This document shows positions 1-8,023 of a stretch of DNA of 26,395 nt, one piece after another. The stretch comes from a virus (lineage: Duplodnaviria; Caudoviricetes): positions 1 to 26,395 of the IMG/VR virus record IMGVR_UViG_3300030376_006739; one strand, given 5' to 3'. Under the pieces are notes generated by a model. It was not told the DNA's origin. It made no database searches and was given only the letters and a program-made list of their open reading frames with translations. Every line of letters starts with the position of its first letter. The stretch's first letter is position 1. The translations under genes were made by a program, and so were the position numbers.

Positions 1-84
1 TATTACTTCACTTATATCGAATTTATTTATGGCTCTTCCAGCTTTAAACATAAATATAATCAGTATAAGTAAAATATATCTCAT
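1..84 (-). CDS. Partial small hydrophobic protein (runs off the left edge)
   Basis: Hand translation MRYILLILIIFMFKAGRAIINKF...; start coupled by TGATG to the upstream ORF. Confidence 0.4.
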   Translation of the reverse strand, partial: MRYILLILIIFMFKAGRAINKFDISEVI

Positions 85-149
85 CAGAGCTTCCTACTCT
101 CATAAGCTAAATACAATAGTATTATTGTAATAACTAATACCCAAATCAT
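84..149 (-). CDS. 21-aa single-TM peptide
   Basis: Hand translation MIWVLVITIILLYLAYESRKL; overlaps the stop of 146..367 and is TGATG-coupled downstream. Confidence 0.45.
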   Translation of the reverse strand: MIWVLVITIILLYLAYESRKL

Positions 150-367
150 TTACTTTCTCTTTCAATCAGCATGTTTAAATAAAAACGTGCTTTCTCTAAA
201 TCTTCTACTCCATTTTTATATTTATACCTTGAGATATATTTAACTATATTCCCTTCCAAATAGTCCATATTATTGCCATTAATATAGTCTATAGGCTCTA
301 TATCTCCATTAGTATAATGCTTAGGATGATTCACTTTATCCTCTTTCAAAATAACTCCGTTTGACAT
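146..367 (-). CDS. DUF3310 family protein (T7 gp1.7/SaV-like)
   Basis: Family motifs VNHPKHY, IEPIDYI, GNIVKYISRY, KNGVEDLEKARFYL. Confidence 0.88.
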   Translation of the reverse strand: MSNGVILKEDKVNHPKHYTNGDIEPIDYINGNNMDYLEGNIVKYISRYKYKNGVEDLEKARFYLNMLIERESK

Positions 368-1161
368 GTTTTCTGTTTAATTATTTTAGCATACTCTGGA
401 TTAAGCTCAACACCAATCCATTTTCTACTTAATCTTTGAGCAACATAAGCAGTTGTTCCACTTCCCATAAATGGGTCAAGAACTGTGTCCCCTTCTTTAC
501 TACCCGCTTTGATACATCTCTCAGGAATAGCTTCAGGAAACACCGCAAAGTGTGCTCCACTAAATGATGATGTATTTAAAAACCATACATCTTTCATTCT
601 TGCATCAGTATTCTTATCTCTTAATACATCCGCATCAAAGTAATACTGCTTCTTCTTAGAAAATAAAAAGATGTGCTCATGAGACTTAGCACACCTATCA
701 TTAACCGCTTCAGGCATTGGGTTTGGTTTTGCCCATATTATATCTTGCCTTAAGTACCATCCTTTTTTCTGCATTGATAATGCTAACATCCAGGGAACAC
801 CTGCGAGGTCTTTGGTCTTAAGATACTCATGCTTTGGTGGAGCTTTTCGATGCTCCCTGTATTTTTCTCCTGTATCACTATTAGTTATGGAATTTCCACC
901 ATCCCAATGGCCACCCTTTGCTCCAAAATAGGTGTCACCAATATTTAACCATAGTGTTCCATCTCCCTTTAACACTCTCTTTACTTCTTCAAATATCTCA
1001 GTAAGTTTAGAGACGAACTGTTCTGGGTGGTCCTCTTGTCCGAGTTGACCACTATCATCATAATCTCTCAATCCCCAATAAGGTGGAGATGTAATGCATG
1101 TCTGAACAGATTCGCTAGGGATTTCTTTTAACTTACTAAGACAATCTCCTATCAATATCAT
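346..1161 (-). CDS. Beta-class N4-cytosine/N6-adenine DNA methyltransferase
   Basis: Catalytic TSPPY near the N-terminus, IIWAKPNPMPE, HFAVFP, C-terminal SAM-binding DPFMGSGTT. Confidence 0.95.
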   Translation of the reverse strand: MILIGDCLSKLKEIPSESVQTCITSPPYWGLRDYDDSGQLGQEDHPEQFVSKLTEIFEEVKRVLKGDGTLWLNIGDTYFGAKGGHWDGGNSITNSDTGEKYREHRKAPPKHEYLKTKDLAGVPWMLALSMQKKGWYLRQDIIWAKPNPMPEAVNDRCAKSHEHIFLFSKKKQYYFDADVLRDKNTDARMKDVWFLNTSSFSGAHFAVFPEAIPERCIKAGSKEGDTVLDPFMGSGTTAYVAQRLSRKWIGVELNPEYAKIIKQKTCQTELF

Positions 1162-1354
1162 GTTTCTCCTCTACCAGTTGACCGTATCTTTTCATAGTTA
1201 CCATTAATAATCTAGGTGTGATAACTGTGTTATAATCAGTCCTCTTGCCCATATTATCCATATAGTATAACATTCTATCTTGATAAAACGATACTAACCA
1301 ATCTGCGATGTATTCTGACGACTTCCATCTAAGCCCTGTTCCTTCTGACTCCAT
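1136..1354 (-). CDS. Hypothetical protein
   Basis: ORF overlapping its neighbours in the operon; GAGGAG upstream. Confidence 0.65.
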   Translation of the reverse strand: MESEGTGLRWKSSEYIADWLVSFYQDRMLYYMDNMGKRTDYNTVITPRLLMVTMKRYGQLVEEKHDIDRRLS

Positions 1355-1536
1355 TTTTGCTCCTCTTCATCTATAGCTAATTGAATATCTTGTAATAGAT
1401 ATTTCAGTTCAACTTCGTTCACTTTGAACAATGGAGTTTCTCCGCTAACAGGAAGTTTTTCAATTGGGTCTTGCTTATCATACAATGCCCACTTCCTTCT
1501 TTTAATAATACCTTCTACTATCTCTGTTATTTTCAC
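1294..1536 (-). CDS. Hypothetical protein
   Basis: GTGA-coupled to the upstream ORF. Confidence 0.6.
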   Translation of the reverse strand: MKITEIVEGIIKRRKWALYDKQDPIEKLPVSGETPLFKVNEVELKYLLQDIQLAIDEEEQKWSQKEQGLDGSRQNTSQIG

Positions 1537-1748
1537 TTCGTTTCCCCTGGTTCGTTATTTTTAGCTTGATACCCTTTAACTTTATCTTCTACAAACTTAT
1601 TGAACTTATCTCTATCTTTACTCCACTCTAAATATAGTCCAAACAGACCGTCAAGTGCACCAAGTTTCTCTTCAAGTACCTGAACATGATTAATCAATGT
1701 CGATACTACTGTTTCAAATTCTTTTTTTGTAGGTTTTTTCTTTACCAA
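1533..1748 (-). CDS. Hypothetical protein
   Basis: TTG start with AAGGAG RBS. Confidence 0.7.
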   Translation of the reverse strand: MVKKKPTKKEFETVVSTLINHVQVLEEKLGALDGLFGLYLEWSKDRDKFNKFVEDKVKGYQAKNNEPGETK

Positions 1749-1763
1749 TTTATTCTCCTTTTA

Positions 1764-1827
1764 TTCAAATGAGGGTAAGGACAAAGGATAAGATATAGAT
1801 AAACAATAAAACCTTACCCCCATTGAA
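1764..1827 (-). ncRNA. Intergenic long-stem RNA hairpin
   Basis: AATGGGGGTAAGG pairs with CCTTACCCTCATT (13 bp, one G-U on the minus strand) around a ~31-nt pyrimidine-rich loop. Confidence 0.55.
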
Positions 1828-1833
1828 CTGTTT

Positions 1834-1992
1834 TTATTTCTTTCGGTCGTATATCCCTTTGAGATATTGCCTAAGCCACCAACAATGCTCAGGAATTGAT
1901 TCAATAACATCCTGATGCCTTAAGTGGGTTGGCTTCTTTTCATTATAAGCTCTATAATGCTTAGTCTTTTTTGGGTCGTTTTGCTTTTTCAT
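1834..1992 (-). CDS. 52-aa hypothetical protein (not in ORF track)
   Basis: Hand translation MKKQNDPKKTKHYRAYNEKKPTHLRHQDVIESIPEHCWWLRQYLKGIYDRKK; fills the gap in the operon. Confidence 0.55.
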   Translation of the reverse strand: MKKQNDPKKTKHYRAYNEKKPTHLRHQDVIESIPEHCWWLRQYLKGIYDRKK

Positions 1993-2212
1993 CAGACTTA
2001 CTCTTTGGCTTATCTTTTTTGGTTACGATTACTTCTTCTTCAATGACATCAGTATGAACATCTTCAACTAAATCTACATGAGTAGTTCTCTGACCTTTAT
2101 CTTGCATTGAATCTACAACATCAATAACTTTAGCTAAAGCTGCATCTATTCTATCAACTTGAACTTTCAGTTTATCAATGTCTTTTTCCATATCAATGGC
2201 TCTTCCCATCAC
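1961..2212 (-). CDS. Hypothetical protein with N-terminal coiled coil
   Basis: AAGGAG RBS; heptad pattern IDMEKDIDKLKVQVDRIDAAL. Confidence 0.7.
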   Translation of the reverse strand: MMGRAIDMEKDIDKLKVQVDRIDAALAKVIDVVDSMQDKGQRTTHVDLVEDVHTDVIEEEVIVTKKDKPKSKSDEKAKRPKKD

Positions 2213-2227
2213 TATCTCCTTTTAATT

Positions 2228-2311
2228 ATTGTATCCCCCTGTGTAGCTATCGGTAGTTAGCTATAACTGAAGTGTCTTGCGGACATGAAGCGTACACAAG
2301 AGGATAACAAT
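2228..2311 (-). ncRNA. Intergenic multi-branch RNA structure
   Basis: Closing stem TATCCTCTTGTGTA / TACACAGGGGGATA with G-U pairs; inner hairpins TGTC-CGCAA-GACA and AGTTA-TAGC-TAACT. Confidence 0.55.
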
Positions 2312-2440
2312 TTACTTACCTATATGCCTATATATAGTAGCTAATGACACCTTCATCCATCTAGCCAATGTTGTTGGCTTAACACGAAGATAACTGTTAG
2401 ATACTCTTATTACTTTTGATTTGAATTTACCTACTTTCAT
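2312..2440 (-). CDS. 42-aa helix-turn-helix DNA-binding protein (not in ORF track)
   Basis: MKVGKFKSKVIRVSNSYLRVKPTTLARWMKVSLATIYRHIGK; LARWMKVSLATIYRH resembles a resolvase-type HTH; TAATG-coupled to the SSB-like gene. Confidence 0.65.
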   Translation of the reverse strand: MKVGKFKSKVIRVSNSYLRVKPTTLARWMKVSLATIYRHIGK

Positions 2441-3051
2441 TAAAATGGTATCTCCGAATTAAAGTCTCTCTGTTCACCCTCATCCCAAGATTTTACAAAC
2501 TTAACCTCCCAAGGATTAATTTCCTTACCACTTTTGTTAGTATAAGGTTTACCTCTACCAACAACTGCAACTGCAGGTTTTCCTTGTATATCATCTTCAG
2601 ATAAGCTAGGCATTATCTCAACCATTACTTTCTTACCACCTATTTCACGCTCTTCTCTTTTAACTTCAACGCCAATAGATTTACAGAACAATAAATACTT
2701 ATCATTACCTGATGGGTTAGATTCAAAACTATCACCTTCTTTAGGTGTTAAGAATTTGAAAATACCTGAGCCTTTAATAGTTCTGCTCTCGTATTCAGAA
2801 CCACTATACTCTTCATCTTTAAATGTATAAGTCTTTACACTATTTTCTTTTGCAACTTCAAAGAAATAGTTATAAACCATAGCCTTATAGCCGTTAAAAG
2901 ATACTTCTCTAGTAGTTATATCTTTAATGTGACCTAAATACTCACCTTTAGTTAAAGGTCTCTTCCAATCACTATTTTTGTTACTCGTTTTATTATCACT
3001 ATCAGGTATGAATAATATTTCATCACCAAATAGTTCTTCAGCTTTTGCCAT
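2440..3051 (-). CDS. Putative single-stranded DNA-binding protein
   Basis: Acidic C-terminal tail ending SEIPF; lies directly after the annealase; start reassigned to MAKAEE (AGGAG RBS). Confidence 0.7.
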   Translation of the reverse strand: MAKAEELFGDEILFIPDSDNKTSNKNSDWKRPLTKGEYLGHIKDITTREVSFNGYKAMVYNYFFEVAKENSVKTYTFKDEEYSGSEYESRTIKGSGIFKFLTPKEGDSFESNPSGNDKYLLFCKSIGVEVKREEREIGGKKVMVEIMPSLSEDDIQGKPAVAVVGRGKPYTNKSGKEINPWEVKFVKSWDEGEQRDFNSEIPF

Positions 3052-3053
3052 TA

Positions 3054-3620
3054 CTACGCTCCTATCATTGTTGTTAGTTTGTTCTTGCAAGCTTCATAGT
3101 TTCTACTATTAATCTTACCGCTTGCTACTTTTTTGTTGATGTCTCCTACCAGTTCACCATCTTTAATTTTAGATAGTATTTTAGTAAGCTCATCACTTTG
3201 TTCTTTGGTCAAACCATCAGCATCAGGCAAATCCTCACCACGATACAAATATAAGCCTAAGCCATGCAATGCAATAGCTTTTGCTAAACATCTCTGTATG
3301 CTAGTATTTACTTGAAATGCATTAGGTTCTTTTATTGTTTGATTACGATTATCAAGGATAGGGTGTATCTGTGATAAAGCAATATCATCAACAGTTACTT
3401 CAACCTCTACAAAGCAACCACTCTCTGTCACCGTATAAGGCCAACCCGTTTGCTCATCTTTAACTACTCTCCAAGTTGATTCAGGTTTTAGTTGTCGTAA
3501 TACATCAACCGCATCTGCCCAACTCAAGTAACTAAATTGACCTTTCTTCTCCACCATCTCAGATACATCATGTTTCCTAAGTACCTTAAAGTAATGCTCT
3601 TTACTTTTACTCTGTGCCAT
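3054..3620 (-). CDS. sak3: Sak3-like (DUF1071) single-strand annealing protein
   Basis: YLSWADAV and NTSIQRCLAKAIALHGLGLYLYRGEDLP motifs; start reassigned to MAQSKS (GAGGT RBS). Confidence 0.88.
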   Translation of the reverse strand: MAQSKSKEHYFKVLRKHDVSEMVEKKGQFSYLSWADAVDVLRQLKPESTWRVVKDEQTGWPYTVTESGCFVEVEVTVDDIALSQIHPILDNRNQTIKEPNAFQVNTSIQRCLAKAIALHGLGLYLYRGEDLPDADGLTKEQSDELTKILSKIKDGELVGDINKKVASGKINSRNYEACKNKLTTMIGA

Positions 3621-3621
3621 C

Positions 3622-4446
3622 TTATTTACCTCGCTTGTTTTTGTAGTCAGGTGGATTACAATGGTCCTTAAAGGAACAGTATCCACATGCCCATTTTTCT
3701 ACAGGTGACACACCCAACATAAATTGAGGGACACCCTTCTCGTGCTCTTTTATTATGTTTCTCCAATAGTTTCTAGCCAAGTTAATGTAGTTACTATGAA
3801 CAAACACATTCTTCATTGCAGACGTATCTTTATTGTAAAAATATAGATACATACCGTCAATTCTTCCAAACTGCTCTTCTACTGCAATCCCGTAAGTTCC
3901 TAATTGCAATTTATAATTCTCAAAAGAATCATCTTGTCCGAGACCAAACTTTCTTTTCCAGGGATAGCTACCAATAGTTTTTAAGTCATACAAATAAACT
4001 CTCTCTTCACCATCCTCTTCTTGCTGTGCAACAATATCATAAAAACCTCTGACATTTAACTCAGGTATTACAATTTCTTGCTCAACATGAAATTTAACTT
4101 TCTTTTTGGATAATACTTTATCTTTTTCTTTATTATATATATTAGTATCTATATTATTATCTATATTATTATATATATTATAATTGTTAACAAGTGCTTG
4201 CTGAAAGTCATCATGAAATATAGAACCAAATCTCATCCTGATTCTACTTAAAGACTCAACTTCATTAGTTGGCTTAACTTTTTCAACAGACTCATAGTAC
4301 ATTTTCCTTGAACAGAAACCAGCAGCACTTGCATGATAATAGCTTTCATTACCAACATATCTGTTTTGATAGTTCTCATCATTCTTGCTTTTAATGTATT
4401 CTATGTAATACTCTTCTAGCCCAACAGGGTCAAACGCAGACCTCAC
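3622..4446 (-). CDS. Cas4-like PD-(D/E)XK exonuclease with Fe-S cysteines
   Basis: N-terminal FCSRK, RGFYD..YDLKT, QLGTY, C-terminal WACGYCSFKDHC (1+3 Cys); adjacent to annealase and SSB. Confidence 0.88.
   Translation of the reverse strand: MRSAFDPVGLEEYYIEYIKSKNDENYQNRYVGNESYYHASAAGFCSRKMYYESVEKVKPTNEVESLSRIRMRFGSIFHDDFQQALVNNYNIYNNIDNNIDTNIYNKEKDKVLSKKKVKFHVEQEIVIPELNVRGFYDIVAQQEEDGEERVYLYDLKTIGSYPWKRKFGLGQDDSFENYKLQLGTYGIAVEEQFGRIDGMYLYFYNKDTSAMKNVFVHSNYINLARNYWRNIIKEHEKGVPQFMLGVSPVEKWACGYCSFKDHCNPPDYKNKRGK
4123..4192. repeat. AT-rich low-complexity tract inside the nuclease gene
   Basis: TATATTATTATC-type tandem units encoding NNYNIYNNIDNNIDTNIYNKEK; 19 nt identical to 12945-12963. Confidence 0.75.
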
Positions 4447-4598
4447 GCATTTACTCCCTTTTTAACATAGCTGTTGATAAGCTTCAGCATTATGTCGTTA
4501 ATATTCTCATCATTTTCTGATATGTTTCTCATTTTTAATTTCTTCCATAATTTAGTTGGAATATTTTTAACTAAAAATGTCGTATGTTCTTTATTCAT
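4443..4598 (-). CDS. 51-aa ribbon-helix-helix regulator (not in ORF track)
   Basis: MNKEHTTFLVKNIPTKLWKKLKMRNISENDENINDIMLKLINSYVKKGVNA shows the strand-IP-helix-helix pattern; AAGGAG RBS; GTGA-coupled to the nuclease. Confidence 0.72.
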   Translation of the reverse strand: MNKEHTTFLVKNIPTKLWKKLKMRNISENDENINDIMLKLINSYVKKGVNA

Positions 4599-4637
4599 TT
4601 AATATACTCTCCTTATATAACTAACAAATGATATACA

Positions 4638-4666
4638 AATTTATTAAATAATTTTATATATACCAA
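4638..4666 (-). promoter_or_regulatory. Sigma70-like promoter for the recombination operon
   Basis: TTGGTA-17 nt-TAAATT in the only sizeable gap upstream of the RHH gene. Confidence 0.55.
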
Positions 4667-4682
4667 ATATTATTTTATTATT

Positions 4683-4802
4683 TTATTGTTTTATTTTACG
4701 AACCTCTATGTAACTGTAGATTAAAAACAGTATACCTATTTGAAACACAACAGAAATAAGTATGTCTATTATATACAGTAAGTTATATAGTGCATCAGTC
4801 AT
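4683..4802 (-). CDS. Small single-TM protein
   Basis: MTDALYNLLYIIDILISVVFQIGILFLIYSYIEVRKIKQ; AAGGAG RBS supports this shorter start. Confidence 0.6.
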   Translation of the reverse strand: MTDALYNLLYIIDILISVVFQIGILFLIYSYIEVRKIKQ

Positions 4803-4998
4803 TATCATTCTCCTTATTTGCATAGTCTGTCCAATTATAAGGGCTATCGCTAATATGGTCTTGCTCAAGCATTACTGAGAAAAATAAGTAAGAGTCTATC
4901 TGATATATTTTTATGGTCTCGATAACCCAATTTATTATATCATCCTTACTCATCTCATTACAGAACTTTAGCATTTGTTTTATTTCAGTTTTCTTCAT
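4795..4998 (-). CDS. Hypothetical protein
   Basis: TAATG-coupled ORF. Confidence 0.65.
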   Translation of the reverse strand: MKKTEIKQMLKFCNEMSKDDIINWVIETIKIYQIDSYLFFSVMLEQDHISDSPYNWTDYANKENDND

Positions 4999-5228
4999 TA
5001 TCTGACCTTTCCTGCTAAGTCAAGTATTCTACCTTTAAGCATTTCATTTTCATCAAGTGCTTTTGTCAGAGCGCTACCTAAATCATCAACCAATGAATCT
5101 ACTTTACGTAGTTCATCAGCAAAGACTCTAAGTATCTCATCCTGCAACGCATCAACATTAGGTATTGCAGCCAATGTCATAACTATATCAGCTAATATTT
5201 CATTATTCCATACGTAATCTTTACTCAT
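4998..5228 (-). CDS. Hypothetical coiled-coil protein
   Basis: AGGAG RBS; overlaps neighbours. Confidence 0.7.
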   Translation of the reverse strand: MSKDYVWNNEILADIVMTLAAIPNVDALQDEILRVFADELRKVDSLVDDLGSALTKALDENEMLKGRILDLAGKVR

Positions 5229-5361
5229 TATCTTTCTCCTTCTGTTCTTTTGCTTGTCTTTCCATTCTATCCTGAATCCTGAATATTGAATCCCAGCTCA
5301 ATATAGGTTTTCCATCTTCAGTTACTCCTATTGGGTTTTTCTTATGGTTATATTTACTCAT
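5221..5361 (-). CDS. Hypothetical protein
   Basis: Start reassigned to MSKYNH (GAGGT RBS). Confidence 0.6.
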   Translation of the reverse strand: MSKYNHKKNPIGVTEDGKPILSWDSIFRIQDRMERQAKEQKEKDNE

Positions 5362-5966
5362 TTTATTACCTCTATTATTTGTTCTGATTTGTCTTGTGTA
5401 TCGTAACATTTCAGGCAGTCGATACATTTGCCTTCACAGTTAACATAGTCATTCTTCTTACTGACTACATTGAATACTTTATCAAAATACTTTGGCACTT
5501 TCTTATAAACACAGTCCACTTTATCATTACTGAATATCAGTAGCAAGTTCTGTGGTTTTTTGTGCTTATTAAAAAATGCTCGAATTAAGCCGTGTTTTTT
5601 TGTCCATAGGGTAAAGGTTACCTTAGGATAAAATAATGCGAAATTCACTATGTTTTGGAGGTGATTTCTATTAATTAGTTCACCATGCCCATTGAATCTA
5701 GCTACTGTGCTCATTGGTCTAGGTAATTCATTGTTGTCCAGCACTCTATCAGAAATGATTCTGCTATTCTCACGAAATCTCGGAACAGCAGACTTCCTAA
5801 AAGTGCTCAACATATTCCATGAATAACAGGAATTACATATTGAATCCTTGTCTTTGCTACGTTCTATACAGAATTTATTTGAAGTGGTGTCTGTATTAAG
5901 AGCAGGTAAACCTTCAAGCTTACCTGACATCTTAGACCACTTAAGCAAGTCCAATCTTATTTCCAC
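5358..5966 (-). CDS. GP88-like Cys-rich phage protein (radical-SAM-like Cys pattern)
   Basis: SKMSGKL, C-x10-CxxCY, RFNGHGE, FTLWTK, C-terminal CxxxCxxCxxCY. Confidence 0.72.
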   Translation of the reverse strand: MEIRLDLLKWSKMSGKLEGLPALNTDTTSNKFCIERSKDKDSICNSCYSWNMLSTFRKSAVPRFRENSRIISDRVLDNNELPRPMSTVARFNGHGELINRNHLQNIVNFALFYPKVTFTLWTKKHGLIRAFFNKHKKPQNLLLIFSNDKVDCVYKKVPKYFDKVFNVVSKKNDYVNCEGKCIDCLKCYDTQDKSEQIIEVIK

Positions 5967-6159
5967 CTTTTATTGCCTCCATTGAGTTAAAGTAATCATC
6001 TACTAATTCACAGAACTCTTGTATCTCGTCTGCATCTACCTTCCCTGGTTCAAGTGTTATTCTGAATTTATATATTGTAGCTTCAAGAAAAGTAACTCTC
6101 TCTTCAAGCTCTAAACATTTTTCATTCAGTCTTTTTATTTTTTCATCATAAACATCCAC
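5941..6159 (-). CDS. Hypothetical protein
   Basis: GTG start with AGGAGG RBS. Confidence 0.7.
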   Translation of the reverse strand: MDVYDEKIKRLNEKCLELEERVTFLEATIYKFRITLEPGKVDADEIQEFCELVDDYFNSMEAIKGGNKIGLA

Positions 6160-6239
6160 TATCTGCCTCCTTTAATAAAAAGTTCTATTATATAGCCTAT
6201 AATAACAAAGCCTATTATAATCTGTATTATTTCAATCAT
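6159..6239 (-). CDS. 26-aa single-TM peptide (not in ORF track)
   Basis: MIEIIQIIIGFVIIGYIIELFIKGGR; AAGGAG RBS; TAGTG-coupled to the next gene. Confidence 0.6.
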   Translation of the reverse strand: MIEIIQIIIGFVIIGYIIELFIKGGR

Positions 6240-6264
6240 TTACATCTCCTTGTTTTTATTGTTG

Positions 6265-6855
6265 CTAGCATATTGTAAATCCTCCACTCTGTAAACAGAA
6301 CTCGGCAAACTCTCTTATATTCTCCACATCAAATGGATATGATTTTGCCCAATCATCTACTAAGCCTGTTTGATTACAGGATGGACATTCCCTCCTTTTA
6401 CGGTTACCATGATTGTTACCATTACAGACACGGCAGTCCACCTGTGGCATTGCATTGAGTTCTGCTTTGTATCTATCATTGTAAGCTTCTATCCTACCAT
6501 CTTCAAGCATACAGGTTAAGTCAATACCTATTTGCATAGCCTTATCTGCTGTTATCTCATGCCCATCATTGTAGTTTCCATGCTCCATATCGTCATCAGT
6601 TAACACATCATCAAACCGTTCACATACGAACTGCCACAATGGTCGCCACCACCATACATTATTCCTGAAATACACACCTGGATTATTCTCTTCATAATCT
6701 GTATGCTCTTTCCAGTATTGCTTTTGAAGTTCTTCATCAGCATCAAGCTCTTCCCATTTCTGTTTAAAGTCCATATCCTTATACTTATTATAAACAGAAT
6801 ACTTATCTGGTTCTTTGTTTATCTTTGGGTTCATTCCATATAAGTCAAATCCCAT
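6265..6855 (-). CDS. Phage protein with a DnaJ-like CxxCxG zinc-finger insertion
   Basis: MGFDLYG start, YFRNNVWWWRPLW, CRVCNG...CPSCNQTG. Confidence 0.75.
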   Translation of the reverse strand: MGFDLYGMNPKINKEPDKYSVYNKYKDMDFKQKWEELDADEELQKQYWKEHTDYEENNPGVYFRNNVWWWRPLWQFVCERFDDVLTDDDMEHGNYNDGHEITADKAMQIGIDLTCMLEDGRIEAYNDRYKAELNAMPQVDCRVCNGNNHGNRKRRECPSCNQTGLVDDWAKSYPFDVENIREFAEFCLQSGGFTIC

Positions 6856-6872
6856 ACTGTCTCCTTTTGTTG

Positions 6873-7388
6873 TTATTTATATATTATGCACTCTTCAGGG
6901 CCTTTATTTACTTTAATATCATTTATAATATTATTTCTCATTATATCAAGATGTTTTCTTAATGATATTAAATATTCTTCAGTCTCTGTCCAATGCGGTG
7001 GTTTTGCTTGTTCATATAACTTATGTTGCTCATCTGTCCAGTCTCCAGCAGGTGATAAGTTATTCTCTTTTATAAATGCTTTTAAATGTTCCATTGTTTT
7101 CTCTAAGTAATTTAGATAATCTGCATTACCTTCTCTTGAACCACAATGTCCGTGGCAATGAGGCATAACACAAATACATCCATTTTCACACATATCATCT
7201 AATGAAGTTATACTGTTACCATATTCATCTTCTAAGAATATTAAATACTTTTGCTCAATCCTAAATCTCCCATTGTAATCATTTATAGTATCTTCCCACC
7301 ATTTATGACAAATCTCAGGTAGGTCTTCCCAGTCCATAACACCTATTAATTCATTATTTTTATAGTGATGCCATCTTTTACTCTTCAT
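6873..7388 (-). CDS. Hypothetical protein with a Cys/His cluster
   Basis: CENGCICVMPHCHGHC. Confidence 0.7.
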   Translation of the reverse strand: MKSKRWHHYKNNELIGVMDWEDLPEICHKWWEDTINDYNGRFRIEQKYLIFLEDEYGNSITSLDDMCENGCICVMPHCHGHCGSREGNADYLNYLEKTMEHLKAFIKENNLSPAGDWTDEQHKLYEQAKPPHWTETEEYLISLRKHLDIMRNNIINDIKVNKGPEECIIYK

Positions 7389-7524
7389 CAGTTTTATCCT
7401 TAATTTGTTTATTCATTTGTCTGTCTAATTCATCACACCAGTCATCATAGGCAGCCTCTCCACATGATTGGTGATGTTTCCATATTATATCCCAGTCTTC
7501 GTCTGTTAATTTACTCCAGTCCAT
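7378..7524 (-). CDS. 48-aa acidic hypothetical protein (not in ORF track)
   Basis: MDWSKLTDEDWDIIWKHHQSCGEAAYDDWCDELDRQMNKQIKDKTDEE; AAGGAG RBS. Confidence 0.65.
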   Translation of the reverse strand: MDWSKLTDEDWDIIWKHHQSCGEAAYDDWCDELDRQMNKQIKDKTDEE

Positions 7525-7816
7525 CTTTACTCCTTTCAACTATTATAGGGAATCCCTTATCGTCTTTCAGTATATTACCCTGTTCATTTACATATACTTC
7601 ATCTTCAAAATCTCCCCACCAACAATCTTCCAGATGAGTACCATAAGTAGCAACTCCCTCCGTACATTCTGTATCATCACAATATGTAGTATAACCACTT
7701 GTTTCATACTGTATGCTATCTCCTATATTAAGAGTTTTGTCACAACTCCAACATTTACAGGTTCTTTCTTCTGCATCTACTATAGGAACTATTTTATATT
7801 TATCAGTAATAGGCAT
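7511..7816 (-). CDS. Acidic Cys-rich hypothetical protein
   Basis: CKCWSC...CDDTEC; AAGGAG RBS. Confidence 0.7.
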   Translation of the reverse strand: MPITDKYKIVPIVDAEERTCKCWSCDKTLNIGDSIQYETSGYTTYCDDTECTEGVATYGTHLEDCWWGDFEDEVYVNEQGNILKDDKGFPIIVERSKDGLE

Positions 7817-7831
7817 AACTGTCTCCTTTTT

Positions 7832-8023
7832 TTATTTATCTTTATCTGTAAATGTTATCCAACTCTCATCTCTATCATCAGGCTCAAAGTATGATAATAC
7901 ATCTTCCCTGAAATTCTCTACTGAATAATCTCCATTAAATATATCTACAAGTATTTCTACTGCCATGCCACTTTCTCCGTTAATCCACTTCTCAATACTT
8001 CTTTTATCTATCCTATTATCCAT
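7832..8023 (-). CDS. Hypothetical protein
   Basis: Start reassigned to MDNRID (AAGGAG RBS). Confidence 0.65.
   Translation of the reverse strand: MDNRIDKRSIEKWINGESGMAVEILVDIFNGDYSVENFREDVLSYFEPDDRDESWITFTDKDK

Noticed and set aside
3622-4446. CRISPR-Cas system suggested by the Cas4-like gene and GTTGAAATA motifs
   Set aside because: No repeat-spacer array or other cas genes; the context is a Red-like recombination operon
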